In this document: positions 42,568 to 58,101 of the stretch, one piece after another
Layout of the letters: each line of letters begins with the position of its first letter
How positions within the stretch are numbered: the first letter of the stretch is position 1
NCBI GenBank assembly: GCA_964016885.1
Contig: OZ024740.1
Span: 177,506,001-177,570,000 of the forward strand
DNA: 64,000 nucleotides
DNA from: Eledone cirrhosa
Lineage: Eukaryota
Reading direction: 5' to 3'
Translations under genes and position numbers: made by a program
The notes under the pieces: generated by a model
What the model saw: only the letters and a program-made list of their open reading frames with translations
The model's database searches: none
Told to the model about the DNA's origin: nothing

Positions 42568-42628
42568 TTTCATTCTGATGAATGAAAGCAAATGTTGTTT
42601 GCTTTCAAGAAACCACTGGTAAATGAAA
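42568..42628 (+). ncRNA. Type I hammerhead ribozyme motif
   Basis: TTTCATT-CTGATGA-ATGAAAGCAAAT GTT GTTTGCTTTCAA-GAAA-CCACTGG-TA-AATGAAA; 7-bp helix I, GUA cleavage triplet; GAGCACTC downstream. Confidence 0.8.
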
Positions 42629-42721
42629 TAATTATCTTATGTTGTTTATTACATAACTAATAAGCTCTGTAGCCTACATAGAGCACTCTTTTTGCTTGGA
42701 CCTTACCGACGGAATTTCTTC

Positions 42722-42766
<45 letters not shown>

Positions 42767-42769
<3 letters not shown>

Positions 42770-45188
42770 CGTTTCTGAATTTGTTTAGCAAGATTCTTTA
42801 TCTGAAATCGTGTGTTGAAACCGATATTGTTATACTTTGGGAGGGTCATGTTGCCAATAAGAAACACACGCACCAGTTGCTTTCACTTCAATTTATTATA
42901 ATAAATTTATATATTTAGGAATTTACAAATTTCTGGTTGGTTGGTTGGTTCCACAACCAGATAGTTGTTTATATATTGTCAAAGTTCTCTCGTCACACAT
43001 TCTGTGGGCTCTTCAGTGACTGGGGATTCTTTTCTTTGTTTTTGTGCCTCTCCTTTGTTCTTTCCTACGCCATTTTGTTTCTGTGTCTGCGCATGCGCCA
43101 CATCCGGGTGTCTGCGTGTGTTTATATTTGTTTATTTATTTGTTTATTTACATGTTACCGGTTGGTTGTTTGTTCTATGTGTGTGCGTGTTTTCATTTTG
43201 TCCTTAATTGTAAGTTGTGATGCTGTTGTTCCACTCATATTTTCTATTTAATTTTGGTTGTAATTCTTTTATGTTTATTGCCTCTGTGATTTGTCTAAAC
43301 ATTACGTCTTTTCTGTGTGTAGATTCTATTTTTATTTCTATGTTCTCTAATTTACCCTTATGTTCTATTTTATCATGTTAGTAGAGTACAGATGATTCTT
43401 TACTATCTTGAAGGTCTCGCCAGTGTTCATTTATCCGTTCCCCCTACACTACGAGCTGTCTCACCTATATACACTATATTTTTGTCTCTACATTGTCCTT
43501 CAGTACATCTTATGCTATACACTACATTTCTAGTTTTACAGTTAATATGGGGGCTTATTTTACAGGTTATACATTTCTTTGGAAAGGGTATGTCTTGCTA
43601 ATAAGTGTTTTTACCGAGGTACCTGGTCTTTCTACTATCTTAATATTGAGTTTATGTTTATCTAGGGCCCTTCTAAATTTGTAAGCTAATTCACCTCTAG
43701 GGGTTGTATCGATGAACATTACACTCTGGTATTTATTGCTATCATACCATGAGTTTATTCTATTAGCATTATTCCTAGTTCTTTCTATTCTATTCCAAAA
43801 TTTGCTCCTATACAAGGGGCAGGTCCCATTTGTGTCATTATTTACCATTTTTTCCCATTTGGTTCTGGCTCCTCTATACACTCTGATTCTATCTCTCTGA
43901 TTATAACCAGAGAACTGCATACGGTGGATGAAGTGTTGTATGTGTCTCTCTAGTTATTCGGGGTTGCACATGCGGGACACGTTTCTCATCACCCGTACCA
44001 AATCCGCAATTAGTATGTTGAAGAACTAGAGAGACACACAGCACTTCATCCACCGTATGCAGTTCTCTGGTTACAATCAGAGAGATAGAATCAGAGTGTA
44101 TAGAGGAGCCAGAACCAAATGGGAAAAAATGGTAAATAATGACATAAATGGGACCTGCCCCTTGTATAGGAGCAAATTTTGGAATAGAATAGAAAGAACT
44201 AGGAATAAGGCTAATAGAATAAACTCATGGTATGATAGCAATAAATACCAGAGTGTAATGTTCATCGATACAACCCCTAGAGGTGAATTAGCTTACACAT
44301 TTAGAAGGGCCCTAGATAAACATAAACTCAATATTAAGATAGTAGAAAGACCAGGTACCTCCGTAAAAACACTTATTAGCAAGACATACCCTTTCCAAAG
44401 ACCCCCCTGTATAGATAAGAAATGTATAACCTGTAAAATAAGCCCCCATATTAACTGTAAAACTAGAAATGTAGTGTATAGCATAAGATATACTGAAGGA
44501 CAATGTAGAGACAAAAATATAGTGTACATAGGTGAGACAGCTCGTAGTGTAGGGGAACGGATAAATGAACACTGGCGAGACCTTCAAGATAGTAAAGAAT
44601 CATCTGTACTCTACCAACATGATAAAATAGAACATAAGGGTAAATTAGAGAACATAGAAATAAAAATAGAATCTACACACAGAAAAGACGTAATGTTTAG
44701 ACAAATCATAGTGGCAATAAACATAAAAGAATTACAACCAAAATTAAATAGAAAATATGAGTGGAACAGCAACATCACAACTTACAATTAAGGACAAAAT
44801 GAAAACACACACACATATAGAACAAACAACCAACCGGTAACATGTAAATAAACAAATAAATAAACAAATATAAACACACACAGACACCCGGATGTGGCGC
44901 ATGCGCAGACTGAGCACACAACACACACGCAGAAACAAAATGGCGTAGGACAGAACAAAGGAGAGGCACAAAAACAAAGAAAAGAATCCCCAGTCACTGA
45001 AGAGGTCACAGAATGTGTGACGGGAGAACGTTGACAATATATAAACAACTATCTGGTTGTGGAATCAACCAACCAACCAGAAATTTGTAAATTCCTAAAT
45101 TTATAAATTTATTATAATAAATTGAAGTGAAAGCAACTGGTGCGTGTGTTTCTTATTGGCAACATGACCCTCCCAAAGTATAACAATA
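42767..45188. mobile_element. Second PLE family (Nematis-like, tentative): two 5'-truncated copies joined head-to-head
   Basis: Left arm about 44020 to 42825 (-) plus a 58-bp extension; right arm about 44022-45188 (+); both ends abut (TA)n. Confidence 0.88.
44057..44791 (+). pseudogene. PLE RT-thumb/linker plus GIY-YIG endonuclease (5'-truncated)
   Basis: Cys-rich linker CIDKKCITC..NC, VVYSI..VYIGETARS..ERINEH..H..H..RQI..LNRKYEW. Confidence 0.88.
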
Positions 45189-45479
45189 TATATATATACA
45201 TATATATATATACATATATATATATAAGTAGATTTTTATATATATACGTAGATTTATATATATAAGTAAATTTTTGAGTTGTTTCATCACTTTATGAAAG
45301 GTATAATCTTTATTTTCTTCATAGCGTGTTTTGTAACACATTTTATAAAAAAAAAGAAACAGAAGAAAAACATACCGGTAGAGAGGGGAAACACGAGACA
45401 GTAGTACATGTAAGTAGCAATAACCGATGGGAGAGAGGTTAAAAAGGAGACCGAACATAAGTCCTGATTCCATATATCT

Positions 45480-45640
45480 CGACTGGTATGTTCTGAGAAT
45501 CCAGGAACACATTCTGCGGGCCATGTCAACTTTACTATTTATATGAGTGGCCCAGCTTATGTTGTTGTCAACAATTACTCCCAAATCTCTGATGTTATTG
45601 GATGCCACGAGAGTTTCACCCGAAGGAAGGGAGTACGTAT
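45480..45640 (-). mobile_element. CR1-like LINE RT C-terminal fragment
   Basis: IRDLGVIVDNNISWATHINSKVDMARRMCSWILRT. Confidence 0.8.
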
Positions 45641-45664
45641 ACATACATACATACATACATACAT

Positions 45665-46056
45665 CAGGGGCGAAGCGTCCGTGCATGCAACGCATGCAGT
45701 GCATGCGTTATAGAATCTTGAGTTGATCAATTGCGTCGGCTGAAGCAAGCAGAATGTTGGCTGCTTACTAAAACATATAGACACAAAAAAAGATAACACA
45801 TACACACACACAAAAACATACACACAAACACACGAGAGCTTTGGGGCAAGCAGAATTTTGACTGCTTACTAAATCGTAGACACATAAAAAGATAACACAC
45901 AAACACACACACACACACTACATAACACTACATGCGGCTTTGACCGGGAGGGTCATTTAGAGGGAATAGGAGGGGGGGGGTAAGGCTGCACAGCCCCACT
46001 TTCCGCCATGACGATTGGACTACATGCCCTGCTTTCCAGTTTACCCTTCGCCACTG
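45665..46056. mobile_element. hAT-type MITE
   Basis: TIRs caggggcgaag / cttcgccactg; 8-bp flanks acatacat (inside a microsatellite, so weak evidence); internal ~100-bp duplication. Confidence 0.6.
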
Positions 46057-46069
46057 ACATACATATACA

Positions 46070-46157
<88 letters not shown>

Positions 46158-46313
46158 TGCTATTTCAAGCATTGAACTAATATATTCCTTACATGTACTG
46201 TGGTGTTTGTTTTGTTATTTTTCATTACCTTTTACATACATACATACACACACGCACAGATATATATATAATATATATTTATATATATATATATATATAA
46301 ATATATATATATT

Positions 46314-46347
<34 letters not shown>

Positions 46348-46351
<4 letters not shown>

Positions 46352-46488
46352 GTATATGTTGGTTGTTTACAGATACCTCAGTATGCAGGGTGGAGCACTC
46401 GACGAAGTGCACAGGTTGGTTTGGTTAGTCCGGAGTAATGTAAAATAAAATAAATAAGTCAAATATTTAAAATTTGACTTATTTATTT

Positions 46489-46497
<9 letters not shown>
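46348..46497 (-). mobile_element. PLE-type mini-insert: extension plus short palindrome
   Basis: GAGCACTCGAC near 46394; taaaataaaataaataagtcaaat/atttgacttatttattttatttta; between (TA)n tracts. Confidence 0.55.
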
Positions 46498-46553
<56 letters not shown>

Positions 46554-46758
46554 ATACATACATATATACAAACTTACATATATGCCCTATTTTACCTGGG
46601 ATTTTATAGTAGAGCTATATAAACAGTCTGATCTATTTGAGTGATGTCCCACAAACACGGAACGCAGCGACCTACTTTTTCACTGCTTACCCTTTTCTTT
46701 TTCTTCTTTTCATTATTTGCATTTTTCTTTCCTTCTGTATATCACACACACGCACACA

Positions 46759-47226
<468 letters not shown>

Positions 47227-47576
47227 ATATATATATATATATGTATATATATATGTGAATATATATCTTGAAATCTTGAAAGATAGATAGAGAGGGAGGC
47301 AGAAAGAAGAAAGGAGCAAAGTTTTGGGGTTTAATATGTAATGAAAATTTAAATTTTCGGAAATCAAAAAAATCAAAACCTCTGTTCCTATCTCACTAGG
47401 TATTTCAATGAGCCTAAATATAAATAGCATCATTGGATTTTATTTATTAATGATACTGTTAGTTAAACATTTTTTATAGGTCTAAATGTTACGTAATTTC
47501 ATACAGCTTTTTGGTTTTGTCCGAGGCAACATAAGTGTTGAAAATGTTAACATTATTCATTCAATTCATTTAAAAT

Positions 47577-48290
47577 CTTCTTCTTCTTCTTCTTCTTCTT
47601 CTTCTTCTTCTTCTTCTTCTTCTTCTTCTTGGATCCAGAGTCCTCAAACACTGCATCCAACGGGTCCTGTCAGAAACATTCGTGTCAATTGATCCGACTG
47701 TATCACCAATCATGACCAGCTGAGCTCATGGATGTTATCCAATCATCTTTGTCGGGGTCTCCCACTGTGTCTCCTTGTTGGTTTGCCCATAAAATCTGTC
47801 CAGCGATTCTGAGAGTTAGATTCCAGCTATTTTTGCCAGGAAAGAATCATTGGAATTTAACTCACCCTATCATATTCAAACGTTGGAATTCGAACTGTCC
47901 ACGTAGCTTATTATGATGGCGATATTTCTGGGTCTTAAATCTGTACCCTTTGGCTTAAGCAAATCATGGGCATATTCGTCGAAGAAGCTTTCCATCACTT
48001 TCTCTTTATAAATTCTCAATTTTTTTTATTATTCTTTTTACATATTATATTATGCATGGTTAGGATATGAATGCTGTTGATCATCTCTTTATTTTTGAGC
48101 AATGCGGTATAAACAAGAACAATAACCACTATAAAGTTCTTTCGGCCTGTTAAGAAGGGCATTCAGATATATCTCATAGCATACAACAGCGACTTTAAAA
48201 ACAACATGTCGATTATATAGGCAAGTATACAATATTCCAGAAAGGTGTCTGGATGTTCTTTAGTTGAATGTTTTTTATTATAGATCTGCT
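47577..48290 (-). mobile_element. Decayed RTE-like LINE 3' end with a (GAA)n tail
   Basis: GRPRQR*LDNI motif upstream of (GAA)n on the minus strand. Confidence 0.5.
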
Positions 48291-48949
48291 TGCTGAAGGT
48301 CGCCTTGGGATATTAATGAGCAACAACAAAATAGCAATATTCCTATTTTACCACACTTGACATTATCATCAACAATAGCTCTACATCGAACCCACGACGG
48401 ACCTTCTACCCGGCTGTTCGACGTGTTAGATATAGTACCCAAATCTTACTCAAATCAATCCAAACTGCTTGAAAAAGGTATATGGTCACATAGATTATGA
48501 AGATGTAGATACTTCTAAAACCAGATGACTACAACTGGAATTATTTTAAACATAAGTTTATTAGACCTTATCTGAGGTTAAACAACAACAACAACTCTGC
48601 CGTTACCCATAGTAAGATCTACCAATAGCTACCACGACATTAACGATACATACCACCATTGATATTAAGCATTACAACCGCCATTAGAAACATGATCAAT
48701 ACAAAATTCATCACCGTCATCGTTCGACTACAGTAGCAGAGAGCCAAAATCCTCTAACCATTACAGCTTTCATAAACACATGACCATTGTTTGGATTTGA
48801 ACCCCTGTGCAAAATCTGAATTCAGAACGCAAATAGACTGGATAAATGCCACAAGGAATCTCATTCGATGCTCTAACAATTCCACCAATCCCCCACCAAG
48901 AACTGCAGGGTGTTATTTGTGGGAATATGAGTTGTTTCTTACAGATAAA

Positions 48950-49215
48950 AATAATTGTTTCTACTTTTGGCACAATTATCCAGTGTATTACTGGTACTTT
49001 ATTTTATCGACCCCATAAGGATGAAAGGCAAAGTTAACCTCGGCGGGATTTGAACTCAGAAAATAATTGTTTCTACTTTTGGCACAAGGCCAGCAATTAC
49101 CCAGTGTATTACTGGTACTTTATTTTATCGACCCCATAAGGATGAAAGGCAAAGTTAACCTCGGCGGGACTCAGAAAATAATGAAAGGCAGAGTTGATTT
49201 CAGCGGTATTTGAAA
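48950..49215 (-). mobile_element. Tandem truncated SINE family A units
   Basis: aaaataattgtttctacttttggcacaa...gggatttgaactcaga twice plus a third fragment. Confidence 0.8.
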
Positions 49216-50084
49216 ACAAGACGAAATAACACAAAGCTTTCTGGTTTTCTATCTAACATTCTGTCGCTGAAATTAAGCACACTAAACTAATTCGTCAACT
49301 AGGTTTAACACCATCAACTGGGCCTGGACCTCGAGTACCTTTAGCGGGGTCCATTCTGGAGCAAGCATAGGAAACATGTTTCCGGTCTAATTCATATGTA
49401 AACGTTTCTTCCTCGCCAAACAACGGCATTTGCGGCTCAGCAAACAGAAAACGAGTTTAGGAGCAACACTACTCAGATGAAATTAATGAACTGAATCTCT
49501 GTCAGATTTGATAACGATTATTTATTTGCTTGAGCAATTTGACAACTTGCTTATTGAATTAGCGTGAATTATCACCGCCATAAACAGAGTTGTACCACCT
49601 TCACGAACTGTAATACATTTAACACCATATTTACCTCAACTCAAACTAATGCCGCCATCCCATTAATACCACATACCATAGTCAAGTCACACCCAACCCC
49701 CTACGGGATATAAAATGACGGCGCCAACGACGTCCACCGCCGCCAACAACATCAACACCAGTACTATCAACAGCATCAACAAATGTAACAAGGAACATTC
49801 GTTGATCTGCAAGAAACAGCCGAAATTCCCTCAAATCACACCTTTACCAAAGGACACTTTGATGCGGAGTTCCCTGCTAATAGGAAAACTGGATGGTCAT
49901 GGTTGGAACGCTTTATATCAAATGCCACCTAGATATGGGCTAACCTGGGATTAAGCAACAATAACAATAACGTGAATCAGCATCATGATCCCTTCATCAG
50001 CAAAAATAAAACACCAACAAAATTATATAGTATCCAACCCGTATTTTTCATATGTGAAAGAAACCCATATCATTTTACATGGTG

Positions 50085-50273
50085 GTGGAATGGCAGAATC
50101 GGTAGAGAGTCGGACGCCATGCTTATCAGCAAAGAGTTACGGTCCTCTACGGTTTGAGTTGAAATCCCGCCTAGGTTAACTTTGCCTTTCATCCTTACGG
50201 GGTTGATAAAATAAAGCACCAGTAATGTACTGGGATAATTTGTGGCCATGTGCCAAAAGTAAAAACAATTATT
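50085..50273 (+). mobile_element. SINE family A
   Basis: tggcagaatcggtagagagtcggacgcc...tttgcctttcatccttacgggg. Confidence 0.85.
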
Positions 50274-50459
50274 ACATTTTCTAAGTATCATGGGAAGGAA
50301 ATTTGACTGCTATTTCTAACAGGTGGAATGACCACGTAGGGATGCCTACTTTGGCATATTAGTGGTGTTTTTCGTGGATGTGCTGGTTGCAGAGTTGTCT
50401 CTTTCAGAGGGTGGCGTTGGTTGAATTAGTGCTGGTTGAGTTCGTTGATTTATTATTGA

Positions 50460-50984
50460 CTAGCAGTGGTACCCGGCGTTGCATGGGATAAGGTATTTTG
50501 GAATGCGGGCCGCCAATAGACCTAAAAACTGCATGCCTGGAGAATATGTAAAGAAAATAAACCGAATACTCTGATGGCTGGATAATCTTTAAGATTTTCC
50601 TCGATGAAACAGGAAAAATGCAGGTTTTCACCTAATGCGGGCCCTAGGGGATCGAGAAAATGAATTTCTTTTATGTCCATAATATGCCTTGAAATTTCGG
50701 GAAAATCGGCTAGACGTACGCCTCCAAAAAGCCCTAAGAAGCTGAAAAAATGAAGTTTTTCACCTAATGCGGGCCCTAGGCCCTAAGAAAGTTGGATTTT
50801 TTCTTTGCTTACGGTATGAAGAAGAGACTGACTAATACATAGTTACAATTTCAAGGAAATCGGTCTGACGTAACGCCTCAAAAAATACCTAAAAATGTTA
50901 AACAACCCCTAAAAATGTTAAACAGTCGTTTGGATTCGAACTCACACACACACAGACAGACATCCTCAGTTTTATATATATAGA
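50460..50984 (-). mobile_element. Non-autonomous Helitron
   Basis: 5' TCTATATATATAAAACTGAGGATGTCTGTC; 3' cccatgcaacgccggg..CTAG|T; internal duplication; homolog at about 57290-57653. Confidence 0.8.
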
Positions 50985-51420
50985 CTAGCAGAAAACCGCC
51001 CCGGGTGGTATTCTGCTAGTATATATATACATTACACACGCAGAAATGTATATATATTTCTGTGTGTGTATATATATATATATTACACACACACAGAAAT
51101 GTATATATATTTCTGTGTGTATATATATATATATATTACACACACAGAAATGTATATATATTTCTGTGTGTATATATATATATTTCTGTGTGTGTATATA
51201 TATATATATTACACACACACAGAAATGTATATATGTTTCTGTAGCACTCCTCAATTCCCCCCTCTCTCCCTCCCGCTATCCCCCTCTTGTAGTCTGTCTC
51301 TTTCTTTCACTCTCACTCTCTCTCTACGCGTGCGCAAAAAACATTCGCACGCGCGCACGTGTTTCCACTGTCGGACAGACAGACAAACAGAGAAATTGCT
51401 GGTTATATATTATAAGGAGA
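50985..51420 (-). mobile_element. Second non-autonomous Helitron in tandem
   Basis: 5' A|TCTCCTTATAATATATA..TCTGTTTGTCTGTCTGTCC; 3' CTAG at 50985 directly abutting the next TC. Confidence 0.6.
51030..51242. repeat. ~45-bp minisatellite of self-complementary units
   Basis: attacacacacagaaatgtatatatatttctgtgtgt repeated about 4.5 times. Confidence 0.85.
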
Positions 51421-51599
51421 TGGTGGTGTCGGTTGTAGTTCTGTGTGGTGGCGTTAGTAGTTGAAGTGATGGTTGTCGTAGCTGATTTGTTATTGATGGT
51501 AGTGTTTGTGGTACTAATAGAAGTAAGGTTTGTAGTGTAGTTGTGGTATTGTTGACAGATTAATGAGGAGAGTAGCTAACACAACAATGAGCATCACAA

Positions 51600-54500
51600 A
51601 TCTCAGCACCAAAAAGACCACCAAATACCACCAACACCACTGGCACTGTCAACACCATCATTGCCACCACCACTATTACCGATACCATCATCACTACCAT
51701 CATAACTAGCACCACCACCACTAACATCATCATCATCATCGTCTAACGCTACCACCACCTCATCCATCATCATCATTACGATCATGACCCCAAGCGCTGT
51801 TATCACTACCAACACTATCAAAACCATTACCGATACCATTATCAGCAATATCACCCTCACAACTACAATCACCACTACCACTAATACCACTAATACCACC
51901 ATCACCACTAGCAACACTACCACCATCATCACCACCAGCAGCAACACCACTGCTAACACAATCACTATCATAACTAACATTACTGGAAACACGAACTACA
52001 ACCGCCATCATCACTATCACCAACGTCACCCATGTCAGCCCCCAACGCCATCCCCACTACCCCGATCACTGCCGTTGCCACACCAGCTTCAATACCATCG
52101 CCACCATCACCAAACCCATCCTGCCAACAACACAACCAACACTAACTTCACCACTACTGACACCGCCGTCGTCACTTACCATCAAATACACAACCACCAC
52201 CCCCATCAATACCAACACTGTCACATCAACATCATCACCAGCAGCAGCAGCAGCACCACCATTATAAAAAAAAACAACAGTACCACTACAACCACCACCA
52301 CCACCACTATCGCCGCCACCGCCAATACAACCAGTTGTAAGGTTATCTATCACCAGCGCCATCATTATAACCAGAAACAACACCACTACAACCACCACAA
52401 ATAACAATACTAACACCACCACCACCACCACCACCACCTCCATTATCACCACTAACTCCACCACCACCATCACCACTTGTAAGGTTATCTAACCAGTAAA
52501 CCAGCCACACGTCAGCCACACGACCACTACCTAGTCACTAATTTTATTTTTTTAACACTCCCACCACAACCACCACCACTTCTATCACTTCCACCACCAC
52601 AAATATTACCACCACCATCACCACTGCTACAACTACTACTACCACTATCAGCAGCACTACCACAATCACTACTACTATCAGCAACACCACCTCCACTACT
52701 ACTACAATACCAACACAGCCACAACCAGCACTACTACCATCACCACCACAACCATCACCACCACTACTACAGCCGCAACCACCACCAACACAGCCACAAC
52801 CACCACAACAACCACTAACACCACCACAGCCACCACCACCTCCACCACCACAGTCACAGCCACAACCACCACCATCATCACCATCCCCACAGACAACCAC
52901 CACTGCTACCACCACTACCACAACCACCACCACCACTACCTCTTCCACCACCGCAGCCACTACCACTGGCACCACAACCACAATCATTGCCACCACCACC
53001 ACCATCACAGCCACAAACATCACCACCAGAGCGACAACTACCACCACAACCACCACCGCCATCACAACCACAACCAGCATTACCACCACTACCACAGCCA
53101 CAACTACCACAACAGCCACCACCACCATTACGACCACTACCACAGCCAAAACAACCACCATTACCACCACTAACACCATTACCACCACAACCACCACAAC
53201 CACCATAACCACTACCACCACCATTACCACAACCACCACCACCAACACCACCACTATTACCATCACCACCACAGCAACAACCTTCACGACGACCACCACC
53301 ACCACCACTACCACAGCAACAACCTTCACCACCAACACAACCACTACCATTACCACCATTACCACCACCACCACTGTTACCACCACTACCACAACCTCCA
53401 CCACTACCACAACCATCACCACCACCACTACCACAGCCACAACAACCACCACCATCACGACCACTACCACAGCCACAACCACCAACACCACTTCCACGAC
53501 CACCACTACCACATCCACAACCACCATCACCATTACCACCACTACGATAGCCACAAACACCACCACCTCTACCACCACCACCGCTACCACAGCCACAACC
53601 ACCACCACCACTACCACCACCACTACCACCACCACCACCACCAATTACCACCACTACCATAGTCACAACCTCCACCACCACCACTACCACAGCCACTACC
53701 ACTACATCCACAAACTCCGCCACCACCACTACCACCACCACAACCTCCACCACCACCACAACCACCACCATTACCACTACTACCACAACAACTACCACCA
53801 CAACCTCCACCACCACAACCACCACTACTACCACAACCACCACCAGCACAACCACCACTACCTCTACCACCACCATCACTACCACAGCCACAACAATCAC
53901 CACCAACACCACCACTATCACCACAACTACCACCACTACCACTACCACAGCCACTACCACCACAACCACCACCACAACCACCACCACAGCCACAACCTCC
54001 ACCCCAACCACTACAGCTACCACCACCACCACAACCTCCACAACTCCACCACCACCACCACCACCACAACCTCCACAACTCCACCACCACCACCACAACC
54101 ACCACAGCCCCCACCACCACCACCACCACCACAACCTCCACAACTCCACCACCACCACTACCACTACCACCACCACCACCACCACCACCACCACCACAGC
54201 CACAACCTCCACCCCAACCACGACAGCCACCACCACCACCACAACCTCTACAACTCCACCACCACCACCACATCCTCCACAACTCCACCACCACCACCAC
54301 CACTACCACCACCACCACCGCCACAACCTCCACCCCAACCACTACAGCCACCACCACCACCACCACCACAATCTCCACAACTCCACCACCACCAACACCA
54401 CCACAACCTCCACAACTCCACCACCACCACCACCACCACTACCACCACCACCACCACCACAGCCACAACCTCCACCCCAACCACTACAGCCACCACCACA

Positions 54501-54856
54501 ACCTCCACAACTCCAGCACCACCACCACCACAACAACCTCCGCAACTCCACCACCACCACCACCACCACCACCACTACCACCACCACAACAAACTCCACA
54601 ACTAACACCACCACTAGCACCACCACCACCACCATCACAACCACCACCACAACCACCACCACCACCACAACCTCCTCAACCACCACCACCACCACAACCT
54701 CCACACCTACCACCACCACCACCACAACCTCCACACCTACCACCACCACCACCACAACCTCCACACCTACCACCACCACCACCACCACAACCTCCACACC
54801 TACCACCACCACTACCACCACCACAACCTCCACACCCACCACCACCACTACCACCT
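51600..54856. repeat. ~3.2-kb degenerate (ACC)n trinucleotide satellite with higher-order units
   Basis: acc/act/aca triplets; recurring acaacctccacaactcc and acaacctccacacct units; frame-breaking indels. Confidence 0.9.
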
Positions 54857-55222
54857 AAAACAGCAACAACAACAATAATATCAACATGAACCAAACAAAC
54901 AAAACAAAACAAAACATAAAAAAATTGAAATACAAAGAAAGCACCAAGCCCTTTCTAGCTTTACATACATTCACTCTATAGTCTTTCTTTCTTCCTTTCT
55001 TCCTTTCTTCCTTTCTTTCTGTCTTTCTTTCTTCTTTTCTTCCTTGCCTTTTTTTAAATTTCTTCTTTTCTTTTTTTTTTCTTTCTTTTATTCTTTTGTT
55101 TATTTTTTCTATTTTGTTTTTCTATATTTCTTTTCTTTTTATGCGTTTTTTTAGTCAGGCGCCAAACAAGGCTAAATATATATATTTTTAATTTATTTTG
55201 TTCGACTGAACACATACACACA

Positions 55223-55315
<93 letters not shown>

Positions 55316-55388
55316 ATGTATGTATGCATGTTTATATGTATGTGTGTATGTATGTATGTATGTGTGCATGTTTATATGTATGTGTGTG

Positions 55389-55419
<31 letters not shown>

Positions 55420-55564
55420 ATTTATGTATGTGTGCATGTTTGTATGTATTTAGTAAATGTTTGTATTGTGTTGTGTGTGTGTGATCTTCTATGTTTACGT
55501 ATACGAATAAATGTACACGAAAACACATACATACGTGTGAGTGAGCATGTACATACACACACAG

Positions 55565-55595
<31 letters not shown>

Positions 55596-55934
55596 CATAT
55601 CATACAAATGTGAAAATACATTTAGAGAAATTCTGAAACAAAGTTGTGGTTTGAAACGTGTATTCAGGACAAACAGTTAAAACAATTGGTAGATCTTGAT
55701 TTAAAACTAGTTGGCCCTCATCAGGTATAAAGTAACTAACGTCACATGTTTCTCCCTGAAACTGTACGTATTTCAGTCAAAACCGATAATATCTAGCTTT
55801 TCGATTTGAAAATTAGTGTTATAAAACTCCACAAAGAGTATGAATTTATTAATTTTGTATTAATATACGAATATACGCATAGGCTAAAATCTCTACCCCC
55901 GTATATAAAAATACACACACACAAACACACACAA

Positions 55935-56059
<125 letters not shown>

Positions 56060-56265
56060 GAGAGAGTGAGGTAGATAAAAACTCGACCACTTGGCGTCAC
56101 GGTCGGGTTTTTACCTTCCTCTATCCACACTCTGCTTCTTCCCATGCATACAGTATTCCACTATTTGTGGTCTCGCTGGTCTTAGCCTCGCAGTCTTTCT
56201 CTCTCTCTATATATATATATATATATAGATGTATATATATATATATATCTATATATATATATATA

Positions 56266-56640
56266 TATAAAGAATAAAAGATGAAATTGAAAATGTAACT
56301 GGAGTCTTATTTAAAATATATATATATATATTTATTTGGTTCCTTTATCGGTTTCGCAGTTCTTCTGCTTTTCAAAAGTAGAGTTTAGATGGAGAGTTTG
56401 TGGTTTTTCTCACATCCACCACCATCCAGATGTGAGAAAAACCACAGACCCTACATCTCAACTCTACTTTTGAAAAGCAGAAGAACTGCGAAACCGGTAA
56501 GGGAACCAAATAAATATATATATATTTTTTTTAAATAAGACTCCAGTTGCATTTTCGATTTCATCTTTTTTTCTTTATACTTTCACTCGTGTAGAACACC
56601 TCGGTTAATTTTCATTTTGTAAAAAAAGCCTCACTTTCTA
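56266..56640. mobile_element. Palindromic PLE-type mini-insert with hammerhead-like variants (56343-56378 -, 56467-56502 +)
   Basis: Arms 56266-56416/56429-56579 plus a 60-bp extension; CTT-TTGAAAA-GCAG AAGAA CTGC-GAAA-CCGG-TA-AGG. Confidence 0.65.
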
Positions 56641-56660
56641 ATATATATATATATATATAT

Positions 56661-56834
56661 AGGAACCAGTAAGACCCCGACAGCTGAGCTCAAGCCGTTT
56701 CGACGGCTAATTCTCGAAACGGCTTGAGCTCAGCTGTCGGGGTCTTACTGGTTCCTATTACCCACTCTACTACCTCAAGTATTGAGTACTTTGGTGCGTT
56801 ATGGTCCACCTGGTTCCTTACCACATTTCCTTCG

Positions 56835-56836
<2 letters not shown>
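56661..56836 (+). mobile_element. Family P1 PLE-type mini-insert
   Basis: Perfect arms 56660-56703/56714-56757, then an extension with TTGAGTACT. Confidence 0.7.
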
Positions 56837-58045
<1,209 letters not shown>

Positions 58046-58047
58046 GG

Positions 58048-58101
<54 letters not shown>

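Noticed and set aside
51600-54856. Long poly-Val/Thr/Gly ORFs suggesting a mucin-like exon
   Set aside because: The triplet satellite lacks stops by composition; frame shifts repeatedly; no signal peptide or domain
55655-55730. Minus-strand CTGATGA with a long hairpin
   Set aside because: GAAT instead of GAAA and no convincing helix I or III; at most a decayed remnant
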